Positions 1 through 9,272 of a stretch of 64,000 bases of DNA are shown here, in pieces (the stretch's first letter is position 1; every line of letters begins with the position of its first letter). Both the position numbers and the translations under genes were made by a program. The stretch spans positions 32,001 through 96,000 of the IMG/VR virus record IMGVR_UViG_3300049988_000124, one strand, 5' to 3'. The notes below the pieces were generated by a model. That model ran no database searches. It was not told the DNA's origin and worked only from the letters and a program-made list of their open reading frames with translations. Origin of the DNA: a virus. Its lineage: Duplodnaviria > Caudoviricetes.

Positions 1-186
1 TCGCAGGGGATACGAACATAGTGCATCACCTTAAAGATTGAGGAGTAAAATCGGCATCACTCCTGAGAGATTTGCATCAAATCATGACTGGAGAGAGAGG
101 AGGAAAAATATCTGACCGATGGGGTGTGACTGGCTCTGGCATCCGATGATATGATTGTACACGTATAGTGCGGGGAATTAGCGCTT

Positions 187-1611
187 ATGATTTTTGTCAA
201 AGAGGAGAGTGTATTCTCCTTGTCACGGGTAACAGCGGGCGCTCTTCCTGGTGACATCACGCTCCTGTTCGAGGAGTTCTACTGTTATTTGCTCCTCGCT
301 GGTCTTCTGCTAGAAGGTCAGCCAACAGGCGGTGGTTGCTACGCTGGTACTGGTGCGATCAGTAACAAGCACTTCCGCATCGATGGTGGCTGCTACAACA
401 ACGTCATTGCCGAGCAGATCTCTACAGGGCTCAAGCAGCGCTTCCTTCAGCTGCGCGCGCACCAGAATGTGAACCCGGCCGAGCTGCGCTTGCTCATGCT
501 CGTTGATCGTCTCTTTGATGACAACAAGGCATGGACCGCTGGTCTTACAGGAATCGATCTCTTCACGGTGTCGGAAGCACGCAACTTCTCGCCCACCATG
601 AAAACGGTTGCTCGCTACGTCTCGGTGATGTTTGGTCGGACCTCGTATCCAGATCCCGCCTCGGTTCCCAAGCTCTATCTCTCCGCCCTCGGCAACATCC
701 ATTTGTCGCGCGATGACTCGGTGCTCCTAGGAAATCCCGAACTACCTTATGGATCTCGTCATGACCGCAGCACTGATGTAACGCCTCTGTGGGCTTTGCT
801 CTCCGCGCAGCTTCAGACGCTGTCTACTGGTTATTGCCCCGGTGAAATCCTGGGTGATATGCTCTCCAAGCTCAAGTTCATGGTGGAGCCGTGTGAGTTT
901 GGAACAACGATCCCTGTGCCGGTGTACGCCGCTGCTCTTTACATGCAGCGGACCATGGGGATCGATGATTATAATCCTGTAGCGGTATCCGCTTCTTTTT
1001 ATCAGAGCTTCCTCTACGGTAGCAATGAAACAAGAACGGTGTCCAGGGCGGCGTTACTGGGTTATTTGTTAGATCTTATGGTGAAGAAGTCAGGTGATAC
1101 TGATTTTGAACTATTTGCTCCTAACTCTCTTTACTGGAGTTTGCGGTCACGGTCGCAGCTCACAGTGAGAAAGCCCGCCCAACCAGCTCTTCTCAAAATT
1201 GCACTCGAAGCACTTGACGACGCAGTCGAGGCTCCTGATCCTGCTGATGCGAACAGTTCTGATGCACCAACCGCTGATGAACCTGAAACTGATCCGCAGA
1301 CAGATGACGGTGGCTTTGATCCTGCTGCACCTACTCCTACTGCCGAGGAGCAGGTGGTGCCACAGAGTGTGAATATTATAGGCCTAATCTCGTTCGATAA
1401 AACGGGCGAAGGGGTCGATGAAGACTTGTATCGGTCAGCCGTTGTTGCCTTGAACGATAAGCTCAAGGCTGATGACACGCTCCCGGTCTCGGCAGATGTA
1501 AGAGAGGCTCTGGATTATTGGGTAAATGGGTTTCTTTATCGGACTGCCATTTCGTCCACCAAAGATCAAGTAGTTGCACTTAAGCTTCAGAAGTACTTCA
1601 AGAAGTTTTAA
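187..1611 (+). CDS. Putative virion/head-associated protein (position equivalent to phiKZ gp119, immediately upstream of the capsid gene)
   Basis: 474-aa ORF ending 20 nt before the capsid gene, with an acidic Pro/Asp-rich linker. Function is inferred from synteny only. Confidence 0.5.
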   Translation: MIFVKEESVFSLSRVTAGALPGDITLLFEEFYCYLLLAGLLLEGQPTGGGCYAGTGAISNKHFRIDGGCYNNVIAEQISTGLKQRFLQLRAHQNVNPAELRLLMLVDRLFDDNKAWTAGLTGIDLFTVSEARNFSPTMKTVARYVSVMFGRTSYPDPASVPKLYLSALGNIHLSRDDSVLLGNPELPYGSRHDRSTDVTPLWALLSAQLQTLSTGYCPGEILGDMLSKLKFMVEPCEFGTTIPVPVYAAALYMQRTMGIDDYNPVAVSASFYQSFLYGSNETRTVSRAALLGYLLDLMVKKSGDTDFELFAPNSLYWSLRSRSQLTVRKPAQPALLKIALEALDDAVEAPDPADANSSDAPTADEPETDPQTDDGGFDPAAPTPTAEEQVVPQSVNIIGLISFDKTGEGVDEDLYRSAVVALNDKLKADDTLPVSADVREALDYWVNGFLYRTAISSTKDQVVALKLQKYFKKF

Positions 1612-1631
1612 CACAAAAGGAATGAGGTTCA

Positions 1632-3872
1632 ATGAGTTACGTTGAAACCGCGCTGTCACAGCGCGTTCGTCTGGCTGCGCAGTCGCTCAACGATCAGGGT
1701 ATCCACCAGGGTCTGTCACTGGCGATTCGCGGCGTCACTGCCCGCATCATGCACGGCTGGGGTGCAGCCACCACGCGCAATGGCGACGGTGGTGCTCTGG
1801 GTCTGGAGTCGCTGGGTTCGGTCGAGCCGATCCGCAACACCGAGTTCAACTCGGCTACTGACGGTTCGCCCGAGGAGCTCCTGAGCGAGCTCGACAAGCT
1901 GGGTATGCCCGAGCGTCACCGTAAGCAGGTCACCGAGACCTGCATGCTCGTCCTGGACGGCAGCTACGATGCCTCGAGCATCATGCGTGGCGGTTACGTC
2001 GCGACTGGTCAGCACGTTGCATCGCTCTCGGACGTCGTGGGTCGTACGTCGGCCGCTGGCGTCGGCGCTGCTGAGAACGACATCGGCACCGAGGCGTTCG
2101 GTGAGGACATCAACCGTCTGAACACCGACGACCGTCTCACCATGAGCCTGGCGATCATGCGTCCCTGGGAGAACATCATGGACAAGGCGTTCGCTCGCGT
2201 GAACGACTCGTCGCCGATCGTGACCATCAAGGTCCCCAAGCCCGAGGTCTACGACTGGTCGCTGACCCAGAAGAACGGCTCGACTGCTTGGGAGCGTAGC
2301 AAGAGCACGCCGCTGCGTGATCTGTATCGCAACCCCTCGCGCGTCAACACCGCTGCTAAGCGCATCATCGCGCTGAACGCGAACGACGACAAGCAGGTCC
2401 TGTTTGCTGGCTCCACGGACGCCAACTTCTACAAGACCGGCAAGCAGATCTCGACGATGGATCTGTCGCGTGACACGAACAAGTTCGGCTACCACCAGGT
2501 TGACCGTACCGATCTGGTCGCCGACGGCGCTCTCCTCGACAAGGTCCTCGTCACGATCACCGATCCCTCGGGCAACGGTGGCGCTGGCGTCAAGGAGACC
2601 TTCGTTCTGAACAGCCGCGCGCTCTCGCTCGCTATGTTCGTGACGCAGGCTGCTAACACCACTTCGGGTGACCGCATCGTTAACCTGCCTTGCAACCTGC
2701 CGATCTCGGCGGACACCAAGCAGTACAACGACGCGCCGTCGACGATCGCAGCCAAGCTCACGGACGCTCGCGTCCTGGTTAAGCTGATGGTCAATGCCAA
2801 CCTCAACCTGCAGACCGGCATCGCTCACGCGTCGGGTTCGGCCAACAAGGAGATCCTCCCGATCGCCGGTGGCACGATCTCGAATGCGACGAACACCTAC
2901 TTTGGCCAGCTGCTGGTCGAGTTCTCGGCGTTCTCGATCGAGTCGTACTTCAACGAGGAAAACCAGCGCAAGGCCAACCTGGCGGTTCTCTGCCAGTACC
3001 GCGAGATGCAGTTCGTGGTGCCGCGTTCACGCGTGTACTTCACCGAGTACGCTCTGGCGCAGGACCTTGACGAGAACGCCATCTCGGCTACATCGTCGGT
3101 CATCGCTCTGGGTAACGGCCGTCGTGGTCTGGACACCGTTGTCAACCGTCTGAACGACGTTGCAGCGACGCTGGACTTCATTGCCAAGTATCCTGAGGTC
3201 GCTGAGTTCAACAACGTCGACGAGACGTCGTTCGTTTCTTCGCTCGTCAAGCCCAGCGTCATCACCGCGACGATGGACTTCGGTACCGAAGAGCTGAACG
3301 TGATGAACGAGTCGACTCGTCTGTCGGAGATCCATGGCCGCTTCCGTGCGCGCCTGCTCTCGGTCGTGACGCAGCTGATGGCGAACTCGCTGATGCTGAA
3401 CCAGTACAAGGGCGGTGAGACCCCGGTCTTCAAGCTCTTCGTGCACAGCACGATCGCTGACATCGTCATCGGTATTCTCGACTATCATCCGGACCTGGAT
3501 GACCGTGAGACCGTGGCGACTGGTGCTGACTACTCGATGAAGCTGCCTAACGGCTACCGCATCGACGTCATCAAGTCGAACATGGACTGCCTCAAGCAGC
3601 GCCTGTACGGCGTGCCGGTCATCGAGTCGGACATGTCGAACCTGCTGTCGGCTGCCTCGATCCGCGATTGCGGTACGGTGACGCTGAACTACAGCCCGAC
3701 CAACGCTGGTGCGGTGGTCCGTCGTGTTGCCACGACGACGCGCGAGATCGTCATGATGTCCAACCCGGTTGGTTTCATGTTCGAGATCAAGGGTCTGGCG
3801 ACTCAGCTTGGCGTTGCCAAGTACGAGGCGCTCAAGCTCGGTGCGGACGACAACGACAAGCTCGGCGTCTAA
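1632..3872 (+). CDS. Major capsid protein, phiKZ gp120-like
   Basis: 746 aa, similar in size to phiKZ gp120. Very strong C/G third-position codon bias typical of the most abundant protein. N-terminal S/A/G-x-E protease sites (GLE, SVE, GTE). Preceded by an AAAGGA/GAGG RBS and followed by a cUUCGg terminator. Confidence 0.8.
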   Translation: MSYVETALSQRVRLAAQSLNDQGIHQGLSLAIRGVTARIMHGWGAATTRNGDGGALGLESLGSVEPIRNTEFNSATDGSPEELLSELDKLGMPERHRKQVTETCMLVLDGSYDASSIMRGGYVATGQHVASLSDVVGRTSAAGVGAAENDIGTEAFGEDINRLNTDDRLTMSLAIMRPWENIMDKAFARVNDSSPIVTIKVPKPEVYDWSLTQKNGSTAWERSKSTPLRDLYRNPSRVNTAAKRIIALNANDDKQVLFAGSTDANFYKTGKQISTMDLSRDTNKFGYHQVDRTDLVADGALLDKVLVTITDPSGNGGAGVKETFVLNSRALSLAMFVTQAANTTSGDRIVNLPCNLPISADTKQYNDAPSTIAAKLTDARVLVKLMVNANLNLQTGIAHASGSANKEILPIAGGTISNATNTYFGQLLVEFSAFSIESYFNEENQRKANLAVLCQYREMQFVVPRSRVYFTEYALAQDLDENAISATSSVIALGNGRRGLDTVVNRLNDVAATLDFIAKYPEVAEFNNVDETSFVSSLVKPSVITATMDFGTEELNVMNESTRLSEIHGRFRARLLSVVTQLMANSLMLNQYKGGETPVFKLFVHSTIADIVIGILDYHPDLDDRETVATGADYSMKLPNGYRIDVIKSNMDCLKQRLYGVPVIESDMSNLLSAASIRDCGTVTLNYSPTNAGAVVRRVATTTREIVMMSNPVGFMFEIKGLATQLGVAKYEALKLGADDNDKLGV

Positions 3873-3899
3873 TCGTACACTGCGTACATCTAAGAGGAG

Positions 3900-3934
3900 A
3901 GAGGAGGGGGCTTCGGCCTCCTCCTCTTTCTTTT
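3900..3934 (+). terminator. Intrinsic terminator after the capsid gene
   Basis: AGAGGAGGGGGC-TTCG-GCCTCCTCCTCT (12-bp stem with one G-U pair, cUUCGg loop) followed by TTCTTTT. Confidence 0.85.
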
Positions 3935-4022
3935 ATGCCGCTATATTTCAATTGGCTTATCTTTATTATCGCTCACCAAACCGTCATCTCATGTATAGAA
4001 GACACCTAAGGTATTTAACACA

Positions 4023-5777
4023 ATGAGTGATGACAAGATCGTCGCTAGAACACTGCTTCATGCTTGCCACGTGCCCAACACCGGACACGGCAAGGATGCC
4101 GTGGTGATCTCTGAGATCATCGAGAATGACAAAGGAGAAGTACGCCCTAACTTAAGGATCTTTCGCTCCCCTAATGTTTCCTTCTGGGTAACTCAGGAGC
4201 CTTACCGAATCCACAATGACAAGAAAGAGTTCGAGGACAAGAAGCGCCTGGATGAGTTCAGTGTTCCCCACGCCACCAAGGACGAGGAGATTCACTTTGC
4301 GCTCTATGGCCGCTATCCTCGCTTCCTAGACCCTAAGCGTCGCCGCGAGATGTACAAGAGCCCTTATTTGTACGGGGGCAACATCATGATCGAAGCGCGG
4401 GTCGCGATGAAGTATAAGAAGGATCTCATTGCCGCTGGTAGAACGCCTCACGCGCCCACTACAGGCTTCTTTGATATCGAGATGTCCCTTCTTAAGTCCT
4501 CGTATGGAAAACTGCCCCTGATGGTCTTTACGTCAGAGAATCAGGTGTTCCTCACGATGAAGCAATCGTTCATGAACGAGATCAGAAATGGTCGCCGGGT
4601 GGACGTGACCGTCGATGACATCACCAAGGCAGCCCACGAACACCTTGATCCCTTGATCGACTCGATCTTTGCTGAGAACAAGGATCTGTCCGACTATAAG
4701 GGGAAGCTCCCTTTCCAATACCACTTCCACGTCGGGGAAACCGAGGTGGAGATGATCAAGTGGATCTTTGGTAAGATGCACGAGACCAAGACATCGTTCA
4801 TCGGTGTCTGGAACCTGGGCTTCGATATCCCTGAGATCATCCGAGTGCTAGAGGAATCTGGTATTCCCCTGGAGGACGTCTTTGCTGACCCATCACTGCG
4901 TCAGTCAGGCTTTGCTCTATCCAGTTACCGGGAAGACCAACGACAGGTCCAGCACTTTACGCAGAAGTGGCACTGGCTCTCTGCTACGGCTCACTTCCAG
5001 TTCGTTGACTCGATGGCGCTCTACAGCTACATCCGCGTCGTTGACGGCAAGGAAGCATCCTACGCGCTCGATGACATCTTGAAGAAGTTTAACCTAGGCG
5101 GTAAGCTCAAGGTCGGGCAGACTGAGGAGCTAGAGGGCCTACAGACGGAGGACTGGCACCGAGAGATGCTGTCTAAGCATTTCTTGAACTACGCGCTCTA
5201 CGCCATGTGGGACGGCATTGGTCTCCAGCTCCTCGAGTGGAACAACAACGATCTGACGGCCATGATGCTCCTGGGTGGCACAACACCGCCTAAGTATTTC
5301 GTGAACCAGACGATCCGAGTGACCAACACGCTCTTTGAGGAATGGCTCGCTAAGGGTCAGGTGCTGGGTACCGGCGTTGATGTGGAAGGTATGCGCGATG
5401 TTGACCTTCTAAACTTCGGTGGGGCCGTCTTGCAGCCGCAGGATCTAACCGGTCGGGGTATGAAGCTCTTCGTTGAATGGCCCAACCACCGGACCAACTG
5501 CTACGCGTGGTTGAACGACGTGGACTTCTCCGCGCAGTACCCAACTAACACCATGTGCTTGAACATCTCCAAGCAAACCAAGATTGCCACCATGGTCGCG
5601 ATCAAGGCAACGCACGTGAACGTTAAGTTCAACGAGAAGGAAGCGATCGAAGTCTTCTGCAGTTATCTCATCACCCCGAACTCCAACGGGGTTGAGATGG
5701 GCGTTGATTTCTTCAACCTTCCAGATTACGCAGAGATGGACACCCAGTTCCAACAGCGCTTGGAGCTCATGCACTAG
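4023..5777 (+). CDS. Split family-B DNA polymerase, exonuclease + motif A subunit (phiKZ-type)
   Basis: ExoI FFDIE, ExoII WNLGFDIP, ExoIII YAMWD and PolB motif A DFSAQYP near the C-terminus. Motifs B and C are absent, as in the split phiKZ polymerase. Confidence 0.8.
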   Translation: MSDDKIVARTLLHACHVPNTGHGKDAVVISEIIENDKGEVRPNLRIFRSPNVSFWVTQEPYRIHNDKKEFEDKKRLDEFSVPHATKDEEIHFALYGRYPRFLDPKRRREMYKSPYLYGGNIMIEARVAMKYKKDLIAAGRTPHAPTTGFFDIEMSLLKSSYGKLPLMVFTSENQVFLTMKQSFMNEIRNGRRVDVTVDDITKAAHEHLDPLIDSIFAENKDLSDYKGKLPFQYHFHVGETEVEMIKWIFGKMHETKTSFIGVWNLGFDIPEIIRVLEESGIPLEDVFADPSLRQSGFALSSYREDQRQVQHFTQKWHWLSATAHFQFVDSMALYSYIRVVDGKEASYALDDILKKFNLGGKLKVGQTEELEGLQTEDWHREMLSKHFLNYALYAMWDGIGLQLLEWNNNDLTAMMLLGGTTPPKYFVNQTIRVTNTLFEEWLAKGQVLGTGVDVEGMRDVDLLNFGGAVLQPQDLTGRGMKLFVEWPNHRTNCYAWLNDVDFSAQYPTNTMCLNISKQTKIATMVAIKATHVNVKFNEKEAIEVFCSYLITPNSNGVEMGVDFFNLPDYAEMDTQFQQRLELMH

Positions 5778-5795
5778 ATAAAGGACAATCGGTCA

Positions 5796-6377
5796 ATGAG
5801 AATGCTCGCACTAGCTGGTGGTAGAATTGACATCCACGATCATCCTTATCTAGGCTGGGAGCCTGATTACCTCTTTGCCCTACTCCAGGAGCACATGCCC
5901 TGGGAACAGCGTTCCGTGGTGATCTACGGCAAGGAGATCCCACAACCACGCCTGGTGGCATGGTTTGGTGACTATGGGTATATGTACTCAGGTCTCATGC
6001 TCCCGCCTCGTCCTTTCCCGTTCATTCTGGAGCAGGTAAGAGATGCAGTATCGCGGTTGACGGGCACTTCGTTTAACGGAGTGCTTCTTAACTACTACCG
6101 TGATGGTCGTGATTCGATTGGGATGCACGCTGATGATGAACCTGAGTTCGGGTTCAATCCGACGATTGCTTCTCTATCGTTGGGTGCAGAGCGGCGCATG
6201 GACTTTCAGCGCAAGGATAAGTCATCCGCTGTTATTAACATCCCGCTCACCCACGGTAGCGTCTTAGTCATGTCCGGTGAGACACAGACCTACTGGAAGC
6301 ACGGTATCACCAAGACCAGTCTACCAGTGGGTCCCAGGATTAATCTGACTTTCCGCAACATCGTCAATCCACGGTAA
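5796..6377 (+). CDS. alkB: AlkB-family 2OG-Fe(II) dioxygenase (ALKBH2/3-like)
   Basis: PQPRLVAWFGD, NGVLLNYYRDGRDSIGMHADDE (HxD), distal H in WKHGI, and RINLTFR (RxxxxxR). Confidence 0.93.
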   Translation: MRMLALAGGRIDIHDHPYLGWEPDYLFALLQEHMPWEQRSVVIYGKEIPQPRLVAWFGDYGYMYSGLMLPPRPFPFILEQVRDAVSRLTGTSFNGVLLNYYRDGRDSIGMHADDEPEFGFNPTIASLSLGAERRMDFQRKDKSSAVINIPLTHGSVLVMSGETQTYWKHGITKTSLPVGPRINLTFRNIVNPR

Positions 6378-6391
6378 AGAAAGGATCTATC

Positions 6392-6628
6392 ATGAGTAAG
6401 CGCGAGGAAGGATCATTTTCAGAGAACCAGCTAAGACTCATTGCTCCCTGGCATGGTTACGAGGTGGAACTGGGTGACTTCGTCCGCCTGAACTCTGGCT
6501 CTCCTCTTGGGCTGGTAACAGATTTGGAGAACGGAGAAGCCAAGGTAACTTGGTTCACCACTCCTATTCAGCACGACGAGATAAACAGTCGTTGTCTCCG
6601 ACCAACGAGAACTCAAAGAGATGGATAG
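6392..6628 (+). CDS. Small YodC/DUF2158-like protein
   Basis: GDFVRLNSGSPLGLV...VTWF resembles the DUF2158 pattern GDxVxLKSGGP..V...W. AAGGA RBS. Confidence 0.55.
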   Translation: MSKREEGSFSENQLRLIAPWHGYEVELGDFVRLNSGSPLGLVTDLENGEAKVTWFTTPIQHDEINSRCLRPTRTQRDG

Positions 6629-6848
6629 AACTGTTACCACCAAGACGACCACTACTGAGCAGGTGGTGTTCGAAGAGGAAGAAATCTTAGCCATTCTCAA
6701 AGAGCAGATGATTGCCAAATATCCTCAGATGGTTGATGCTGAGGGTAATTTCATGACCAAACCAGTACGAGCGGGTTTTGGTAACATGACCCGTGACGCC
6801 AGGTACGTTGTGTTTAACTTACTCACTAATAGTCAAACGACTAACTAA
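6621..6848 (+). CDS. Hypothetical protein
   Basis: 75-aa ORF overlapping the upstream stop codon (translational coupling). Confidence 0.55.
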   Translation: MDRTVTTKTTTTEQVVFEEEEILAILKEQMIAKYPQMVDAEGNFMTKPVRAGFGNMTRDARYVVFNLLTNSQTTN

Positions 6849-6873
6849 CGAGGTGGGAATTCCCACCTCGTTA
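6846..6873. repeat. Perfect 28-bp palindrome (probable terminator hairpin)
   Basis: TAACGAGGTGGGAA|TTCCCACCTCGTTA. Confidence 0.85.
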
Positions 6874-6912
6874 CCACTACCCTATGAGTAGATCTCTTAC
6901 GGATTAAGTATC

Positions 6913-7539
6913 ATGGAGTTAGTGTTACCATACCGCATCTTCGCGGTCGACCCGGCAACGGGTAAGTCCGGGTGGGCGGTGTTGGACATTGTCTCTCTCC
7001 ATCCACTCGAAATCAACATTGTCAAGACTGGTCAGCTAGACGGTGACAAACTCTTTCGTCTCAGGAAAGAGATGGCCCTAATCTTTGGTCGGCAGTTCAG
7101 TGTTCTGGATGCTCTCTTCTCAGCGTATTGTGAACTCATCACCGAGCACAATCCTAACTGCGTGGTGTCGGAGGGTGCATTTGGTTACAACCACATGTCA
7201 GCCTACATCGCCATCAGTATGGCTATCTACGAACTACGCCGTGCAGCTCACGTGACGATTAACCAGGACGTTATTCAGATCCCGCCGACCATTAGCAAGA
7301 AGTCAGCGACTGGTTCTGGTGGCGCTGATAAGGATCTCATGCGGTTGGCTTACCAGACGTCTGAGTTCTTGAAGGGTATTGTTGCAGATGATCTGATCAG
7401 CGAGCACGAGATCGATGCCATCTGGCACGGTGTCGGCTTCATCATGCGTGATGTTCTAAAGCGCATCGTTCAGATATCCGCCAAGGAAGCCAAAGCTGCC
7501 AAGCGACTCAAACAAAAAGAAAAAGAAAGCAAGGGATAG
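6913..7539 (+). CDS. ruvC: RuvC-like Holliday junction resolvase
   Basis: IFAVDPATGKSGWAV (first catalytic D), VVSEG, KKSATGSGGADKDLM and HEIDAI match RuvC motifs. Confidence 0.85.
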   Translation: MELVLPYRIFAVDPATGKSGWAVLDIVSLHPLEINIVKTGQLDGDKLFRLRKEMALIFGRQFSVLDALFSAYCELITEHNPNCVVSEGAFGYNHMSAYIAISMAIYELRRAAHVTINQDVIQIPPTISKKSATGSGGADKDLMRLAYQTSEFLKGIVADDLISEHEIDAIWHGVGFIMRDVLKRIVQISAKEAKAAKRLKQKEKESKG

Positions 7540-7564
7540 AGGGAGGGCTGATGCCCTCCCTCTA
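7537..7564. terminator. Bidirectional hairpin terminator between convergent genes
   Basis: TAGAGGGAGGGC-TGAT-GCCCTCCCTCTA, 12-bp perfect stem. Confidence 0.8.
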
Positions 7565-7569
7565 CTCAC

Positions 7570-8127
7570 CTAGACCCGCTGATAAATCAAGTCGTAAATC
7601 GATCGTAGTTTGACCGATTGACCATGACGTGCCACCCAGGCTCTACCTGATCTGAACACAGGAGGATGGAACCGAGCACTGAGCGTGAATTTATCTGCAG
7701 TCGGTTTGTCTCGCATCATGCTACCTGTACACAGGACTGGTATTCCCATTGAGTTCAGATAGATGTTGCCGACCTTCATCTCAAAACCACGGTCACTCTT
7801 TGGAAGGAACCGAGAGGGATCATCTCGCATGGTTTGAGGAATAACTGTGTAGTCTGGGTAATTACGCTTCTGTGTATCATTGGCTTCTTTGCCCAACGAG
7901 CCGACGGAGCGATTACCCTTACTCAAGTTACTTCCATTGGGATGAAAGCGTTCGTTTTGGTCTGAGTAGAAACGAAACCCTAGAGCATATTCTAGACTAT
8001 CTTCAGGTATCAGTCCAATGATCTTCTGAACGTAACTGGGAACACCAACGAAGTCGTCGTTGCCATCGATGAGATGTTGCTCAGTTACGTAGATCTTTCC
8101 AACTTCCAACTCGACGTCGTGTGGCAT
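7570..8127 (-). CDS. Hypothetical protein
   Basis: 185-aa ORF with GGAG RBS; tiles with neighbours. Confidence 0.6.
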   Translation of the reverse strand: MPHDVELEVGKIYVTEQHLIDGNDDFVGVPSYVQKIIGLIPEDSLEYALGFRFYSDQNERFHPNGSNLSKGNRSVGSLGKEANDTQKRNYPDYTVIPQTMRDDPSRFLPKSDRGFEMKVGNIYLNSMGIPVLCTGSMMRDKPTADKFTLSARFHPPVFRSGRAWVARHGQSVKLRSIYDLIYQRV

Positions 8128-8145
8128 GCGTATCTCCCTCTACTT

Positions 8146-8508
8146 CTACGCCACCGTCTCGTAGGTTGTTTGCTCGTCGGTCTCCCTGTTACGGACCACG
8201 AGTTTCCCTACGGTGTCAGAGCGAACCAGCTCAATCACATCATAGCCCAGCAGGTTTGCAACGTTGGTTGCCATGTTGGGTGTGATCTTGCCCTTATTGG
8301 TGATGAACTTTCGATCAGCGTCTGCTCGCTGCTCATACCCTTCTTGACCACGCTCATCGAAGAAGGCTTCATGATATTTCTTCGTGTAACCCTCATTGGT
8401 GATTTTCTCACCAACCAAGAAAGCCCTGACTGTCTTAGTGAAGGGATATTGACCTTCCTCGATATCCGCTTGAGTGAACATCGGATCACCGTCACCAATC
8501 GTACTCAT
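8146..8508 (-). CDS. Hypothetical early protein
   Basis: 120-aa ORF with AGGAGA RBS; TATATTAC motif about 64 nt upstream. Confidence 0.65.
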   Translation of the reverse strand: MSTIGDGDPMFTQADIEEGQYPFTKTVRAFLVGEKITNEGYTKKYHEAFFDERGQEGYEQRADADRKFITNKGKITPNMATNVANLLGYDVIELVRSDTVGKLVVRNRETDEQTTYETVA

Positions 8509-8571
8509 GGTACATCTCCTGCTAGTGGATGAGAAACAAGAAACAAGTCCGGCTCCTTGATCCTCACATAG

Positions 8572-8579
8572 GTAATATA
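8572..8579 (-). promoter_or_regulatory. phiKZ-type early (virion RNAP) promoter motif TATATTAC
   Basis: Exact GTAATATA on the + strand in an intergenic position. The motif matches the published phiKZ early promoter consensus. Confidence 0.75.
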
Positions 8580-8799
8580 TCGATTAGGGATAAATGAGTA
8601 TCGGCAGAGGAACCCGAAGGTTCCCCCACCAATCGGTATTGTGATACAATTTGAAGCACAGTAGAAAAGCAAAAGAGAATCGATACTGAAGCCTATCTAA
8701 AGATATCTTAGCACATTAGGCTCAAGAGGTTGAATATCTAGATGGGTGCCGATCGATTCAAGAAGCGTTTCTTTTTCAAGGTTTTTGTGTAAACGGGTA

Positions 8800-9117
8800 T
8801 TACTGGTAGAAAATAGACTCAGGCGGATTCTTGGCGCGGCCTTGAAGATGACCGAGAGCTTCGTGCTGGGTGTGGAGTTCACGAGGAATGACGACCTCGG
8901 TACCACATGGCTTGAATACCCGAACTGTGAAAGCGTGGGCATTCTCGGAGAAGAACGGAACCTGATCTCTCGCAACCATCATTGCAGCACAAGCGCTGTG
9001 CTGCACCGAACGCTCTGCCACAACTGCCACCCCGTAGATGCCCTCAGGGCTGCGGTGATTGCTGTGGGCTCTTCCCTCCACCTTCACGAAGAAAAGACTG
9101 CTAACTTCGGTACTCAT
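8800..9117 (-). CDS. Hypothetical protein
   Basis: 105-aa ORF co-oriented with neighbours; competing overlapping ORFs exist. Confidence 0.4.
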   Translation of the reverse strand: MSTEVSSLFFVKVEGRAHSNHRSPEGIYGVAVVAERSVQHSACAAMMVARDQVPFFSENAHAFTVRVFKPCGTEVVIPRELHTQHEALGHLQGRAKNPPESIFYQ

Positions 9118-9209
9118 TGTGTTTCACTCATTAACTCTCTACTGCGGAGACACATCTCCATGATATATTGTACGCAAATAGCGCAGAAACTACCAGAAAT
9201 AAAAACAAA

Positions 9210-9256
9210 CAAAAAAGAAAGAAGGATAATAGACCGGGGTGTTACCCCCGGTCTAC
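9210..9256 (-). terminator. Terminator: hairpin followed by TTTCTTTTTTG
   Basis: 10-bp stem at 9230-9256; CAAAAAAGAAA at 9210-9220 on the + strand. Confidence 0.8.
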
Positions 9257-9272
9257 TACCGTTTAGCTGATC

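Noticed and set aside
1716-2828. 370-aa minus-strand ORF (and 2897-3488 ORFs) antisense to the capsid gene
   Set aside because: Shadow ORFs produced by the strong GC3 codon bias of the capsid gene; no RBS or recognisable motif.
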